A DNA stretch of 64,000 bases from Octopus sinensis (Eukaryota): contig NC_043010.1 in the NCBI RefSeq assembly GCF_006345805.1, positions 57,412,001-57,476,000 of the forward strand, in the 5' to 3' direction. A model generated the notes under the pieces. It was not told where the DNA came from, did not search any database, and was given only the letters and a program-made list of their open reading frames with translations. Made by a program: the position numbers and the translations under genes. Shown in pieces: positions 38,420 to 52,019 of this stretch. The number at the start of each line of letters is the position of its first letter. Within the stretch, counting starts at the first letter, position 1.

Positions 38420-39835
38420 GTGTGTGTGTGTGTTAGCATCTGTATCTACATAGTGTAAGGTAGACATGTGTGTGTGTATGTGTGTGTGTGTGTGCATGCG
38501 TGTGTGTGTGTGTGTGCTCATAAATGTAAAGATATATTGAGTCCCTCTCTCACACTTTGTAGAGTTGCCAAGAATCTGTGTTGTTGTTGTTGTTATTGTT
38601 GTTGTCCATTGACCAGAGTCCAAAAACAGTCTTCACCATGTTGTTATATTTAATCACCATGTGTGAAGTTGATTTCATATATTTTACTTGCTCCTTTCAT
38701 TAACTCCTACCCACCACCACCACCACCACCACCACCACCACAGTGGCTTTGATGGTGGTGGTGGTGCAGTTGTAGTGATTATGTTGATAGTGGTAGTGAT
38801 GCTGCTGCTGCTTCTACAAGACTCCTAACATGTGCCAACTGCATTTCTATTATATGCACAGCTTTCAGCAACATGGAATTTACAGATTATTGGGATTGGA
38901 TACAAACATATATTTAAATACATGTGTGTCTGTGTGTGAGGGGTGTATGTTGATAATGTACACACACACACACACACATACACACATACACACACACATA
39001 CACATATATGTATGTTTATATATACGTATATATGTACGTGTCTACATATAGACACTCACACATACATGTATATATATTATATATATATTTTGTGTTTGTG
39101 TGTGTGTGTGTGTGGTGTGTGTGTGTGTGTGTGTGTTAGCATCTGTATCTACATAGTGTAAGGTAGACATGTGTGTGTGTATGTGTGTGTGTGTGTGCAT
39201 GCGTGTGTGTGTGTGTGTGCTCATAAATGTAAAGATATATTGAGTCCCTCTCTCACACTTTGTAGAGTTGCCAAGAATCTGTGTTGTTGTTGTGTTATTG
39301 TTGTTGTCCATTGACCAGAGTCCAAAAACAGTCTTCACCATGTTGTTATATTTAATCACCATGTGTGAAGTTGATTTCATATATTTTACTTGCTCCTTTC
39401 ATTAACTCCTACCCACCACCACCACCAGCACCACCACCACCACCAGCACCACCACAGTGGCTTTGATGGTGGTGGTGGTGCAGTTGTAGTGATTATGTTG
39501 ATAGTGGTAGTGATGCTGCTGCTGCTTCTACAAGACTCCTAACATGTGCCAACTGCATTTCTATTATATGCACAGCTTTCAGCAACATGGAATTTACAGA
39601 TTATTGGGATTGGATACAAACATATATTTAAATACATGTGTGTCTGTGTGTGAGGGTGTGTATGTTGATAATGTACACACACACACACACACATACACAC
39701 ATACATACACACATACACATATATGTATGTTTATGTATACGTATATATGTACGTGTCTACATATAGACACTCACACATACATGTATATATATTATATATA
39801 TATTTTGTGTTTGTGTGTGTGTGTGTGTGTGTGCA
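38420..39835. repeat. Direct tandem duplication, two ~705-715 bp units
   Basis: Unique anchors recur at offsets of 703-714 (TTAGCATCTG at 38433/39136; ATGTGCCAAC ORFs at 38830/39544). Junctions fall in (TG)n. Confidence 0.92.
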
Positions 39836-42594
39836 TGATGTTGGTGAATGAATGATTGAAAACAATGAAGGCAAGTGAGGACTGTTTTGTTTCAGTGAGA
39901 TCAAGCTACCCTTTCTAGCATTGGTGCTTTGGTAGCAAACGAGAGAATTTCTTTTTGGAAAGAAAACCTGTAGATTATGTAATGCTGAAAAATATTGTTA
40001 GTAAATCGGTTGACAACTTAAAAATAGATATTGTTAATAAATCACGAACGTTTCAGAAATTTCTCTGGAATTCACAGAAAGAAACACCTCTGCTTATCTG
40101 AGTGGCTCTTTACCTCCAGGACTTACATATTGACAAAATTCTGAATTTTTTTATCGTCTCTATTTCTAACACCATTAGACATAATATAACAGATTTAACA
40201 TACCAAGTTCTCTATCATTTATATGAGGGGTTACATACCTTAATAGTTTAACTTGCATTTCCCACTCTCAGAAAACTGAGGTTTACAACATACATTATAC
40301 ACAATTTTTTTTCATATTTTTATATTTCCTGAAACTTTTGAGGGGAATTTTGTCCCCTGGAATTGAACTTGCCCCAAACAATATATAACAAAGAAGTAAA
40401 AATGTTGTCTTCTTTCAATCCCTTTTCTGTGAGAATGTGCCAATAAAATTTGGTGTGAACATTTCAAATTATTCTTCAGAATAAGAAGGAAGAGTTTATT
40501 TTCTGTTCAAGCAACAGAATTTGCAGAATGTTTTAATCTCCAAAACATATTGAGTGCTGCTATGTTGCTTGAGATTTCATGATAACCGACCCCTTCCCCT
40601 GTAAGTATATGTGTGTATGTGTATGTGTACTTATGTGTGTTGTATGTAAGTATGTATGTATACACATTTGTCCTCAAAGACAGTCAATGCGATATGACTT
40701 GCCAGTAGAATTTTAAGAAACCAAACAGATTTCCTGTTTTTACTCAGATATAGTGTGTCATCAAACGTAACTGTTCATTTTCCAGTAAATTTAGCTGCTA
40801 TTTCTAAAACACCGAGTGGCCATGCTGCAGCTCCTTTGTTATCCCAGAGCAGTGAACTGTAAAATTATTGTTATTGCAGTTCTGTTGTTGCTTCTCCTTC
40901 TCAGTCTGGCCACATTGAATAAACATTATCAAAGACATTCCAGTGGTGACTTTACCATCGATATATGACCCCACCCCGCCCCGCCCTCCCCTCCGCTTGA
41001 CGGTTGATTTATGTCTCAATGCTCATTGAATCAATACCCTAAGCTTACGTACTTACATATATTTCTATACAAAGAAATACACATACAGACTCGGAAACAC
41101 AGACACACACATTGTGTAAAGCAGAGTTGGTTCATAATTTCTTTCAGTTATGTCATCTTTTATGTGTTTCAGTGGAGATTATGGCTGTTTTATGCAATTC
41201 AGGCCAGGTAAGTTTTCTAAGTTTCCACATCATCAGAGATTCTGTAGAGAGGAGTAAATATGGAATGGGGCCCCATACCATATTTGCTCCTTTTCATAGA
41301 GGGGTTGTGGTTTGAATTACCATTAGTTGAGGTGCTGATTGCTTGGTTGATAACTGTACCTAAAGTTAAGGCTGTATCATTCCAGTTAAAATATCATGTG
41401 ACAACATGGATGATCAATACATGTTCTGTTCATGTATTAGGTCACATGACAGAATGGATGATAATTGCCTCAAAAGTGAGGGCTGTGTTAATCTAATGAA
41501 TGTATCATGTAGGACCCACAAACTTGAAAGAAGCACTCAATACTTGTTTATAGAACGCTAGGTTCTTGAATATTTATCTATATTAGCTGCAGGGGTAGTC
41601 TTGTGTTTTTTTCTCAATCTTTCTAAAGTATAATTACAAAAGAATTTCTGCAAAAATCTGTCAGAAAAATTCCTGTTTAGATGTTGATGAAAGAGAAATA
41701 AAAATGAAACTCTTTTGTGTGTAAACTGGAGTCTGGGTTTGATGATTGGCGAGGAATATGAGGTTGAAGTATAAGTCGTTTGAAAGAAATGAAATTAATA
41801 AGGCAATAAAATTACATCTTTAGTTTAGATAAGATAATATTGTATCGTTAATTAGGGTACAAAAATATTGTCGACACAGATTGGTGAAGAATAGAATAAA
41901 AGAAGGCTCAAGAGAAATTGTAAAGTGATGTGTTAAAACTGGAAGGAAGATATTGAGAAAAGTTGAATGCAAATAGAATTAACAATTAAGATGTAATTAT
42001 AGCTGAAGAAGGGACAGGTAAAAAGTGAGGGACCGGTGAATAATAAAATGATGGGGTCAAATTGTGGGAAACAAAATCATTAGAAGAGAAATGAATGAAG
42101 ATGCAATGAGTGTCTCTTGTTTGAAACCAAGAAAGAGGTGAATGAGATTTCAATATAAATCAAATATAGGTTGTTTGATAAGATCGTTAGACATGTCATT
42201 TATAATATTATGCAAATTTAATAATAACACTAAAATAATACTAAAATATACCAGGGATATAAATATACTGAAGGGTTAAGAATATCAGTGGATTGTTGGG
42301 GCATAGAATTATCTTTGTCTAGTCTAGTGGCAGTCTACCCTTAGGCAGGTCCTGAGCATATGAATTCTCCTCCCCAACACCCTCTATAAAACCTGGGATG
42401 ACCCCTACTCTTCCCTGCTGCCATTAAGTAGATTACTAGAACTTTGGCTACCATGAGCAGACTGGAATACTGGAGGGGTTTCCTGTTTGCCATCTCCAGG
42501 CAGGTGGGATTTGAACTCAGAATGTAGAGGATAGGAAAATATAGTGTAAAGCATCTCTACTGATGTACCAATGATTTTGCCACTCACCCACCCA

Positions 42595-42717
42595 CAGAAC
42601 AACGTGAAATGAAATATTTTGCTCAAGAACACAATGTACCACCCAGTCCTGGAATTGAACTCACGATCTTGTAATTGTGAGTGCAACACCCTAACCACTG
42701 GGCCACATGCCTTCACA
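42595..42717 (-). mobile_element. SINE family D head (truncated)
   Basis: Shares TTGCTCAAGAACACAA and the tRNA-like head with 57454-57779. Confidence 0.7.
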
Positions 42718-43044
42718 ATTCTGTGGATATAAATTATGATAAGAGTAGAATAGCAAGCAAAAATGGAAGGAAGAGAGTCTCTTAAAATGCAAATGGGAAA
42801 GTTGAGTAACATTTGAATATTTCAGGCACAAAAAGGCCCACCATCAGAAGAATATGGTTTAGAAATGTGAGTGCACTTGGATTCTGCCATTTGGGTGGCC
42901 AAATGGGCAACACCCCACTTTGATTTGCAAGTGTGATAGCAGCTTCACATGCAGGACTGTAAGCATAAATGTGTGTGTGTGTGTGTGTATACATATGTAT
43001 ATATATATATATAAATATATGTATATACACTTATATACATATAT

Positions 43045-43208
43045 GTAGGCGAAGCTATGTGGTAAGAGGGTTGCTTCCCAATCATATTATTCTGGGTTCA
43101 ATCCCACTGCGTGCCACCTTGGGCAAGTGCCTCCTACTATAACCTCAGGCTGACCAAAGTCATGTGAGCGAATTTGGTAGATGGAAACTGAAAGAAGCCC
43201 ATCATATA

Positions 43209-43245
<37 letters not shown>

Positions 43246-43448
43246 CTGTGTTTGTCCCCATCACCATTTGACAACCAGTGTTTGTATGTTTATGTTCCTG
43301 TAACCTAGCAGTTCAGGAAAGGAAACTGATGGAATAAGTTACAAGGTTAAAAAAAAAATACTGGGGCCAATTCATTTGATTAAAAATTTGTCAGGGCAGT
43401 GCTCCAGCATGGCTGCAGTCCAATGACTGAGACAAGTAAAGGATAAAA
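43045..43448 (+). mobile_element. SINE family A, full copy with internal (TG)n
   Basis: Same head/core/(TG)n/tail layout as 7017-7440. Confidence 0.85.
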
Positions 43449-43496
43449 AATAAGAGATACATAGATATATACATACATACATATATGTGTGTGTGT

Positions 43497-43527
<31 letters not shown>

Positions 43528-43748
43528 GTGTGTGTATACACACATATATATATACACACACACATCTATATATGTGTATGTATATATGTATATATGATTG
43601 GGTGTGAGTTTGCTGTTTTAGTGTGTGTGTATGTATGTATGTATGTATGTATGCATATATGTTTTGTAAACAGACCTTTAATCATATATGTATGTAATAA
43701 GTGTAGAGTTGCATGTGTATATGTGATACATATATGCACGTGCATGCA

Positions 43749-43783
<35 letters not shown>

Positions 43784-44085
43784 TAGCTTTATGCTAGCAA
43801 TAAGCTAAACTAAATTAGAAGAGACAAACACAATTTGTTTGTAATCTGAAGAGTGACCAATACAAAAATGTCTGCAAACATAGAAGAAGTCAACAAAGGA
43901 CGTCTTTGGTGTTTGTGACATCAGTTTTGCAAATAAATGAAGTCTAATACACACAAGCAGACACTCATACACATGTACATACACATGTGCATACAGATAT
44001 ATATATATATACATAGACATACATGCTCATACATACATACACGCATACACGCATACATACTTGCATACATATGTGTATATGTATG

Positions 44086-45351
44086 TTGGGTCATCCCATA
44101 AATAATGCAGTTTTTTATACTTCTTATCTTTTTCAAAATTAAGATAAACAAAGTTCTTTTTAATCTAAAATATTCTCTCTTCAATTTTCTACAATGCTCT
44201 TCCACCTGTCTGGTAGACTTGCAAGGCCCCTCTTCCAAAATTCACTTGTCCATGATGAAAAATACTCCCCTAGTAATGTTCTGACCTCATCTAGAGAATT
44301 CGTATTTTTTCCATACAAATGATTTTGAAGACTGCGGAATAAATGATAATCAAATGGGGCAATGTCCAGTGAATATGGTGGGTGGGGCATTGTTTCCTAT
44401 TAAACTGCTCCAGCATTTGGAATGTCATCCTTGCCGTATGTGGCCGAATACATTTCATCTTGAAACCAAAGATGGTCATTTTTTCTTCTAGCACTGATTT
44501 AAGCCACTCAAGCTGCCCACAGTAGATCTCCTTTGTTATTTGGTTTAGGAGTTAAAAGTTCAAAGTGGACTAAACCTTTCATATCCCATCAAACAGATAA
44601 CAACACCTTATGTGGGTGAAGACCTTCTTTAGCCTGAGGTACTGGTGTTTCTCTTTTCTCTACCCTCCGTCTTCGGCACTTGACTTTTTTTTATAGAGAA
44701 CCCATTTCTTGTCACCAGACACTATTCGAACCAAAAAAAGGTTCATTCATGAAATGTGACAACAAAGAAGAGCACACATTCACTTTCTGCATGCGATTAG
44801 ACTCAGAAAGTTTGTGAGGAACCCATTGACCCAATTTGCTGACTTTTCCAATATCACATAGGTGTTTATGAATGGTTGAATGACCAAATCCAAGCTTCTC
44901 TGCTAGTTCCTCAACAGTTACGATGGGATTTTGTTCCACCAGGGTTTGCAGGACAACCTCGTTAAGCTCTACAGATCTTCCAGGATGAGGCTCATCTTCT
45001 AGGCTGTAATTTCTGGCTCAGAATTTCTGGAACCACCGTTGACACTGGCTTATACTTATTCTCCAATCCCCATATACTGTATTAATGTTCCTCACACTTT
45101 TTATTGTGTTGTTGCCTTTATTGAACTCATAAAGCAAAATATGCCAAATATGCTCCGTTGTCACTTCCATTATAACTTTGAAAAAATAACTGTTAAAATC
45201 GAACTGCACTCTTCAAAACTTGCACTAAGAATAAGCACAAGGTAAATTTACTACCTGCTTTTATAGCAAGTTGATGCAGGTAGTTTATCCGGCCTCTCTG
45301 ACTTTTAGTTCATGCAATTGAAAAAACTGTGTTATTTATGGGATGACCCAA
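44086..45351 (-). mobile_element. Full-length, inactivated mariner (D,D34D-type) DNA transposon, 1266 bp
   Basis: 31-bp TIRs TTGGGTCATCCCATAAATAA(TG/CA)CAGTTTTTT with 2 mismatches. The right flank is TA and the left flank TG. Fragmented transposase: MEVTTEHIWHILLYEF HTH, WVPHKL, RIVSGDKKWVLY, HPPYSLDIAPFDYHLFRSLQNHL. Confidence 0.95.
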
Positions 45352-45357
45352 TATATA

Positions 45358-45590
45358 TATTTCTTTACTACCCATAAGGGGCTAAACATAGAGGGGACAA
45401 ACAAGGACAGACAAACGGATTAAGTCGATTACATCGACACAGTGCGAAACTGGTACTTTATTTATCGACCCCAAGAGGATGAAAGGCAAAATCGACCTCG
45501 GTGAAATTTGAACTCAGAATGTAACAACAGACAAAATATTGCTAAGCATTTTGCCCGGCATGCTAAGGTTTCTGCCAGCTCGCCGCCTTA
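45358..45590 (-). mobile_element. SINE family B (tail type 2) abutting the mariner TIR
   Basis: Near-identical to 27224-27445; separated from the TIR only by (TA)n. Confidence 0.9.
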
Positions 45591-45617
45591 TGACCTAATA
45601 TATATGTGCATGTATAC

Positions 45618-45690
<73 letters not shown>

Positions 45691-47288
45691 CATATATTGT
45701 GGGTTTTCTATGATTATGTTGGACTACATCATCTAATTTGCTCTGCTTTAATTTTAGATGATAGGGTTTGAACTGAATAAGAATTGGCTACTATTTCTAG
45801 CAGAAAGTGAAACCTCATTATGTCTTGTGTGATGTAGTTAGATATTGTGCGGTAAGACCACAAAGGTAGGCTACACCTTTAAGTAGCGTCTGATATAATC
45901 ACAAGTGGATTACTAGTTGCCAAATTGACATATTAATAGACCCCTAGTTAGGGCACAAGCATGACTGTGTGGTTATGTAGTTTAGGGTTCCCAGTTCAAT
46001 CCTAGTTAGTGGTAGGTACATTGCCAAAGAATCTTGCACAAAATAATAAAATAGAAACAAGATGGCTACATAAGAGAGTGTAGGTCTAACTAGAGAGTAT
46101 CTGAATAAATGGTGAGATGGTCACAGCTGGAATGTCTCATCTTAGGTCTACATGATCACAACTGGCTTTGGGCTAAACAATAACAACAAAAACAACATCA
46201 GAACAAAAGAACATGATGATACCACAGCTGTAAGTCACCTCTCTTCATTGTGGGGTACATCTAACTCTTCATTCAGTTGGGAACATAAATAACTACCAGT
46301 AATATATTTGGGGATGGTGTTACAATAAATAGACTATATACTTCTTTTTATATGTTGTGATTTTGTGACAATGAGGAAAATTGTTTCCGAATTATTGATT
46401 TTCATCTATTTTCATATAAATTATTCGTGTTTATATTTTAAAATAATCTTTAGTTTATACAAAACATATTTCACCTTCATCGTTAATGGCAGATAAAAAC
46501 CAGAGAGAACAACAACAACAACGACAACAAAAACAGCAAAAACAGCTCTACCTAATTAACTTGTTAAGGAATTAAGAAGATTTATGTTTTTTAAGGTTTA
46601 TTAAATTAATCTTTTCCTGCCATATGTCATCTCGAGGGTAAAGAATGGCAATATGCTGCACATTGGAGAATTTAATCCGATTCCATGCATAATTTAGGAG
46701 TTCTTAATGAATTATCCAAACTTAATTTCGAAGATTTCTGATATTCAACCATTGTTTTAAATAATTCTCCTTGGGTAATTTTGTCATTTTCAATGTTTAA
46801 ACAAATCTCAGACTTTAGGAAAGGAAAAAAATCTCCATTTAATGTGGAATGTTCAGTTCTTAAGATTTACACTTGTCAGATAAAATATTTTCCTTATTTC
46901 CTGTGTCACCAAAGTAAAGGCTTTCTTGGGAGTAGAACAGAAAATTAAAAATTCTTCTAGTTATTTCATTATTTATATGGTACCATTGTAGTACAAGAAG
47001 GTATTATTGTAGTATACCATTGTGGTATGGCTGTAAACCATTACAGTATGACACTATACCATTCTTAATATTAACTGTTCACTGTCCATTCACTAGTTTA
47101 CCTGCCTATGGTATCATTCGGTATATACCATTCCAGCATACCATTCCACATATATTATTTGTCAGTCACAGAATAAAACTGGCATCCATCTAATATTGGA
47201 TTTTAATTGTAGTTTGTTAAAATAGATGACATGAGATTATCAATAACACCGCCACCACCACCACCACCACCACCACCATCGTTACTAT

Positions 47289-47356
<68 letters not shown>

Positions 47357-48336
47357 AAACATTTCCCCCATTTTACCAATGTCAGAAATCCTTATTTAAG
47401 ATTAGGAAGGCTGGCGGTGGAGGTAGTGGTGGTGGTGGAGGTGGTGGAGTGATAGAAGGCCAGAGTGGAGGGTGGTGATGATGATGGTGGTACTGTTGGT
47501 TTTGGCGCCTTAGTGTTGATAGAACACCAGAGTGTTAGTGTTGGTGTTGGTGGTAGTGGTGGTTAAAAGACAAAATACCTTGTAATATTCAGCTACATGT
47601 CTTTAGTTCCTGAGTTCAATACCCATCAAAGGGTCTTTGTATCGTCTGAATATGGTGGAACTATAAAAGATATTGACACATTGGATAGAATATGGTTTTC
47701 CTACTCTCATCAGCCACCAGACATAATATCTTTAAATGTTTATTCCATATTTTGCCAAATTCCTTGGACTAGACACAGAAAACTGATTAATTTTTAGGCC
47801 AAAATGAGAATCTGATTAGAGAAACTTGTAAAGTTTTAATGACAGGAAGATCTTCATGTCTTACGAAAGAGAATGGAAGTTGGTGAGCAACTATGGAATG
47901 TTACATTGAGAGGACAAAGATATTGAAGTTGGTGTGCAAAAATGGAATACTGAATTAATAGGACAAAGATACAGGAAGTTGGTGTGTAACAATGGAATGA
48001 TTAAGAAGACAAAGAAATTTTTATATGCAAAACATTAATAAGACATTTCCAGACAAGCATCCATTAACAAATTACTCTGTTTTTGTGTTTGTACCACTGT
48101 TATTCTAATTTTGTACTCCATGTCTCACTGGTTTAAGGAAAAGACATTAATTTTGGCTATGAGGGACTTTGGGGCATACAGGATGTTATTATCAGTATAT
48201 GTGTGTATGTGTGTGTGTGTGTGAATGTGTGTGCATGTATGTATATAGACATTATATATATATATGCATATATATGTGCATATATATAGAACTATATATA
48301 TACATATTTATATATACTTATATATATGTGTGTGTG

Positions 48337-48397
<61 letters not shown>

Positions 48398-48409
48398 CAT
48401 ATATATATT

Positions 48410-48502
<93 letters not shown>

Positions 48503-48647
48503 TTTATAAAAATATTTTAATTTTTATAAAGTAATATTTCAAATATACCGTAAATGGTCGTTTTACATACCAAACACTGCTCGGTCAAATTAATTAATAA
48601 TTAATTAATTTTACCCTTTTTTATTGACAATATATATATATATATAT

Positions 48648-48679
<32 letters not shown>

Positions 48680-48808
48680 ATATACACATATATATACATA
48701 CATATACATATATGTGTAACATATGGTATAATAAAACAGGGTGAATTTTAGCCATTTCTCTGCAAACTGTAAAAATAATATATACACACATACACATACA
48801 TAAATATG

Positions 48809-48854
<46 letters not shown>

Positions 48855-48968
48855 CAGAAGTGGACTTTTTGTGTTATGTCACAATAGCATGGACAGTTGT
48901 AATACCTAATCTTAAGAACAACACAATCAACCGAAAGACATGTTTAATAATCAACAGAAATTGCTTAC

Positions 48969-51371
48969 CTTTGATGCTTTTGGAAATGTTTTCACAATTG
49001 TTGGTGTCATCCATTCCTTCTGTGATTCCTCTTCAGGATAAAACTGACTCCTAGATTTTATTGATTGGTCATCATTGTCTGCTATTTCTTCTGGGTTCCT
49101 TGCTATCATACCCGCAGTGTTTGCTTGGTAAATCAATTGTTTCATTTCTGTTCGGGACCGATAATGTGGGTTGTCACCGGTCCTTGTCGTTACATTTCGG
49201 CCATTTTGGCTCCTAACAATGCATGTTGTGATGAAGATAACTATCGCTATGGAAACTACCACTGCTATTATTACGATGATAATCACTAAATTGATATCTA
49301 TCATCTCACCTGATTGGACTTGAACCGCTGTCAGCATTGTTGATGTCTTGTTACTAACTGTCAGCGTTAAAGTGACTGTTGTCATCGCTGACAGAATCGG
49401 ACTGCCACTGTCCTTCACAACTAATTTAAGATTATAAGCTCCGGCATCGTTTTGGTAGACGGTGCGAGAGAATGATAAGACCCCTGTGTAAGGATTGACC
49501 CCAAATAACTGTTTGTCATTGCCCCGAAGTATTCCATATTTAAGGAATGCATTTTCACGAGTGTCTCTGTCAACAGCCCTCAGCACTGTGATGTCGTTCT
49601 TGCTTTGAGGATAATAATGGACATCAAGGCTAAAGGGGTCAACACTAGGGAATGTAAAATAAGGGGCATTGTCGTTTTCATCAACAACTTCAACAACAAC
49701 ATTTGCTGTGTTGTTTAATGGAGGGACTCCACTGTCTCTGACAAAAACCTGGAATTTGTAAATATTCTGTTCTTCCCGATCTAAGGCTTCTGTTGTTGAA
49801 ATAAATCCATACTCAGTTATCTGGAATGGAAAAGCATTGTGCTTTTTATTGAGAAGAGAATAAACCAGCTGACCTCCTGTCCCCAGGTCAGGGTCAACAG
49901 CACTTATAAAACCAACTGGAAAGTTGGCTGTTTCAGTCTCATAAGTCAAAAACTTAAAAGTGTCCTTGATAAACTTAGGCTGGACGTCATTAACATCCTG
50001 AACTTTGATAGTAAACACTTTCCTTGATTGTAAAGGTGGAGAGCCATTATCTCGGCAGTTAATTCTAATCTCATACTGGCTGGTCACCTCTCTGTCCACA
50101 GAACCTTTCATTGTTATTTTATATTCTTTCGGAGCCAAACTCAGAAGCTGAAACTTCTCATGTCTCATTTCACACTTCACCTCTCCATTCTCACCGTTGT
50201 CGTTGTCGATCACCATGACGTAAGCAATAAAACTGCCCACTTCAATGTCTTCTGAAATTACTGTCGTATTTTCTTTCAATCCAGACACAAAATCTACATC
50301 AATTGTTGGTGGATTGTTTCTTTGATTAATGATGTTAACGAGAACCAAAGCAGATGAACTTAACGATGGGCTTCCACCGTCAATGGCTTCGACAAACAGT
50401 TTGTATGTTTGTTTTTGTCCATGACCAAACATTTGCTGTACGGATATTTCTCCATTGTATTGATTTAAGCGGAAATGGCTTTGATCAACATCTAAAGTCT
50501 TTGGACTGAAGTGATATGTAACTTTACCATTTTCACCAGAATCTAAATCTGTTGCTGACACTGTAATGATTGGTCTGTCCTTTCTGTAGGAACTCTGTAT
50601 GGAAATATTGTAGATACTTTTAGAGAAAAACGGTAGATTGTCATTTACATCAATGACAGATATTTGAATTTTTAACACCCCTTGTTTGGGAGGTGAACCT
50701 CCATCTGTGGCAATCACTTCTAAATCGTAATTATCTTTGACTTCTCGATCAAGTTTCTCTTCCAGGAGAATTCCCAGTTTGGATTTTCCCCCAATTCGTT
50801 CTGATACTGCTAACGAGAATGGTTCGTTTTTGTTTTTTTTCAACCGGTAAGTTATTTGAGAATTTAATATGCCAACATCCCCATCGACGGCATTAGGGAT
50901 TGGTTTTGTGGTCCCTTTACCATCCGTTTCATCAAACTGAAGATTAAATTGTGCACTTGGGAACACTGGTCGGTGGTCATTAACATCTTTTATAATTACT
51001 TTAATTTTGAGAATCTTCATAAAAGTCTTTGCTTTACGAACTGCCACTTTGACAATCACTGAACACTCCTTGTTGTAGAGGCACAGGGACTCTGTGTCCA
51101 ATGTGCCAGCCGTGTAGATTTCTCCGACTTTTGTGATGTTAAATTGTTGAGTCTCTCTTCTCTGAAGCTGACTGAATTGAATCAAATTATAGTCTTGGGC
51201 TGGAATAGTCTCCAGAAGTTGTGAATCAACAGCAATGTTACCAAGATAGGTGCCAGGACTTTTGCCTTCCTCAACGTGATAAACCAGATCAACACAAAGG
51301 GTGCTGTGAAACAACAGGATTAAAAGACTGGTTTGTCTGAGCATATTGTCATTGTTTTCTTTGTAGAACAT
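48969..51371 (-). CDS. Pcdh: Protocadherin, large first coding exon (signal peptide, EC1-EC6, TM, start of cytoplasmic tail)
   Basis: 806-aa ORF 48951..51371 with cadherin motifs (DVNDHRP, LDRE, ATDGGSPP, DVNDNLP, DVNDVQP, DENDNAP, AVDRD) and TM INLVIIIVIIAVVVSIAIVIFITTCIV. It ends at donor AAG|GTAAGC (phase 0, exon end 48969), so the terminal VSNFC* is probably intronic. The likelier start is the second ATG at 51344 (MLRQTSLLILLFHSTLC, signal-peptide-like). Symbol is family-level only. Confidence 0.96.
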
Positions 51372-51393
51372 CAGGACAAGGTATCAAGTGTTC

Positions 51394-51410
51394 CTGGAAG
51401 TAAAAATAAA
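51394..51410 (-). promoter_or_regulatory. 3' splice acceptor preceding the Pcdh coding exon
   Basis: Minus strand reads TTTTTATTTTTACTTCCAG|GAACAC; the exon would start at 51393, 22 nt before the first ATG. Confidence 0.6.
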
Positions 51411-51418
51411 AATAATAA

Positions 51419-51502
<84 letters not shown>

Positions 51503-51530
51503 CAACAACAATAATAATAATAAGAAGAAG
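51407..51530. repeat. (AAT)n tract with AAC/AAG variants
   Basis: Seen directly, immediately intronic of the 51393 acceptor. Confidence 0.95.
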
Positions 51531-51765
51531 AAGAATGCAATATAAGAACAACACTGTTGTAAACATTTCATATAGTAGCAATATGACAGTAATACACAAT
51601 TAGATAATAATGATATGTTAAAACAAAACAGTAATATAGTACAAAATAATAATATAATTAGTGCATGATATAATCAATGTAATTAGTATGTAGTAGTACA
51701 GAACATGCAATGTGGTCCATTTGACTCCAGGACAGTAAAAAATGAGAGTAAGAAACAAAAAATAC

Positions 51766-51981
51766 AAAGATTCTTTGCCAACATAACATGGCAGTCCTGG
51801 TTTAGGTCAAATGTTACTGTAATTTAGCCCCAAGAGACATCGTCTCCAGCTGGCTATATGACACGATCTGTGTCCTTGTTTGAAAATATAAGGACACAGA
51901 TCATGTCGTAGAGCCAGCTGGAGACAATGTCTCCTGGGGCTAAACTACAGCAATGCCATGTTATGTTGGCAAACAATCTTT
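51766..51981. mobile_element. Foldback MITE-like palindrome (~216 bp hairpin)
   Basis: Arms AAAGATT.TTTGCCAACATAACATGGCA..TTTAGCCCCAAGAGACATCGTCTCCAGCTGGCT..GATCTGTGTCCTT and its reverse complement, around a 12-nt loop; ~20-nt bulge in the left arm. Confidence 0.8.
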
Positions 51982-52019
51982 ACTCCAAAGTACTGTTGCT
52001 GAATATCTCTCATTGCGAG

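Noticed and set aside
40044-40082. GAAACGUU motif on the minus strand with upstream CUGUGA
   Set aside because: No stem-I complementarity and an incomplete core.
40804-41019. 71-aa minus-strand ORF as an extra Pcdh exon
   Set aside because: No Pcdh-tail similarity and no convincing phase-compatible splice pair.
46480-46960. TAAT-rich unique block as an intronic enhancer (similar block at 10100-10620)
   Set aside because: Motif density is unremarkable in AT-rich DNA; cannot be supported without conservation or chromatin data.
48951-48968. VSNFC* as the true Pcdh C-terminus
   Set aside because: Begins at a consensus donor AAG|GTAAGC, and a phase-matched tail exon exists downstream; a read-through isoform is not excluded.
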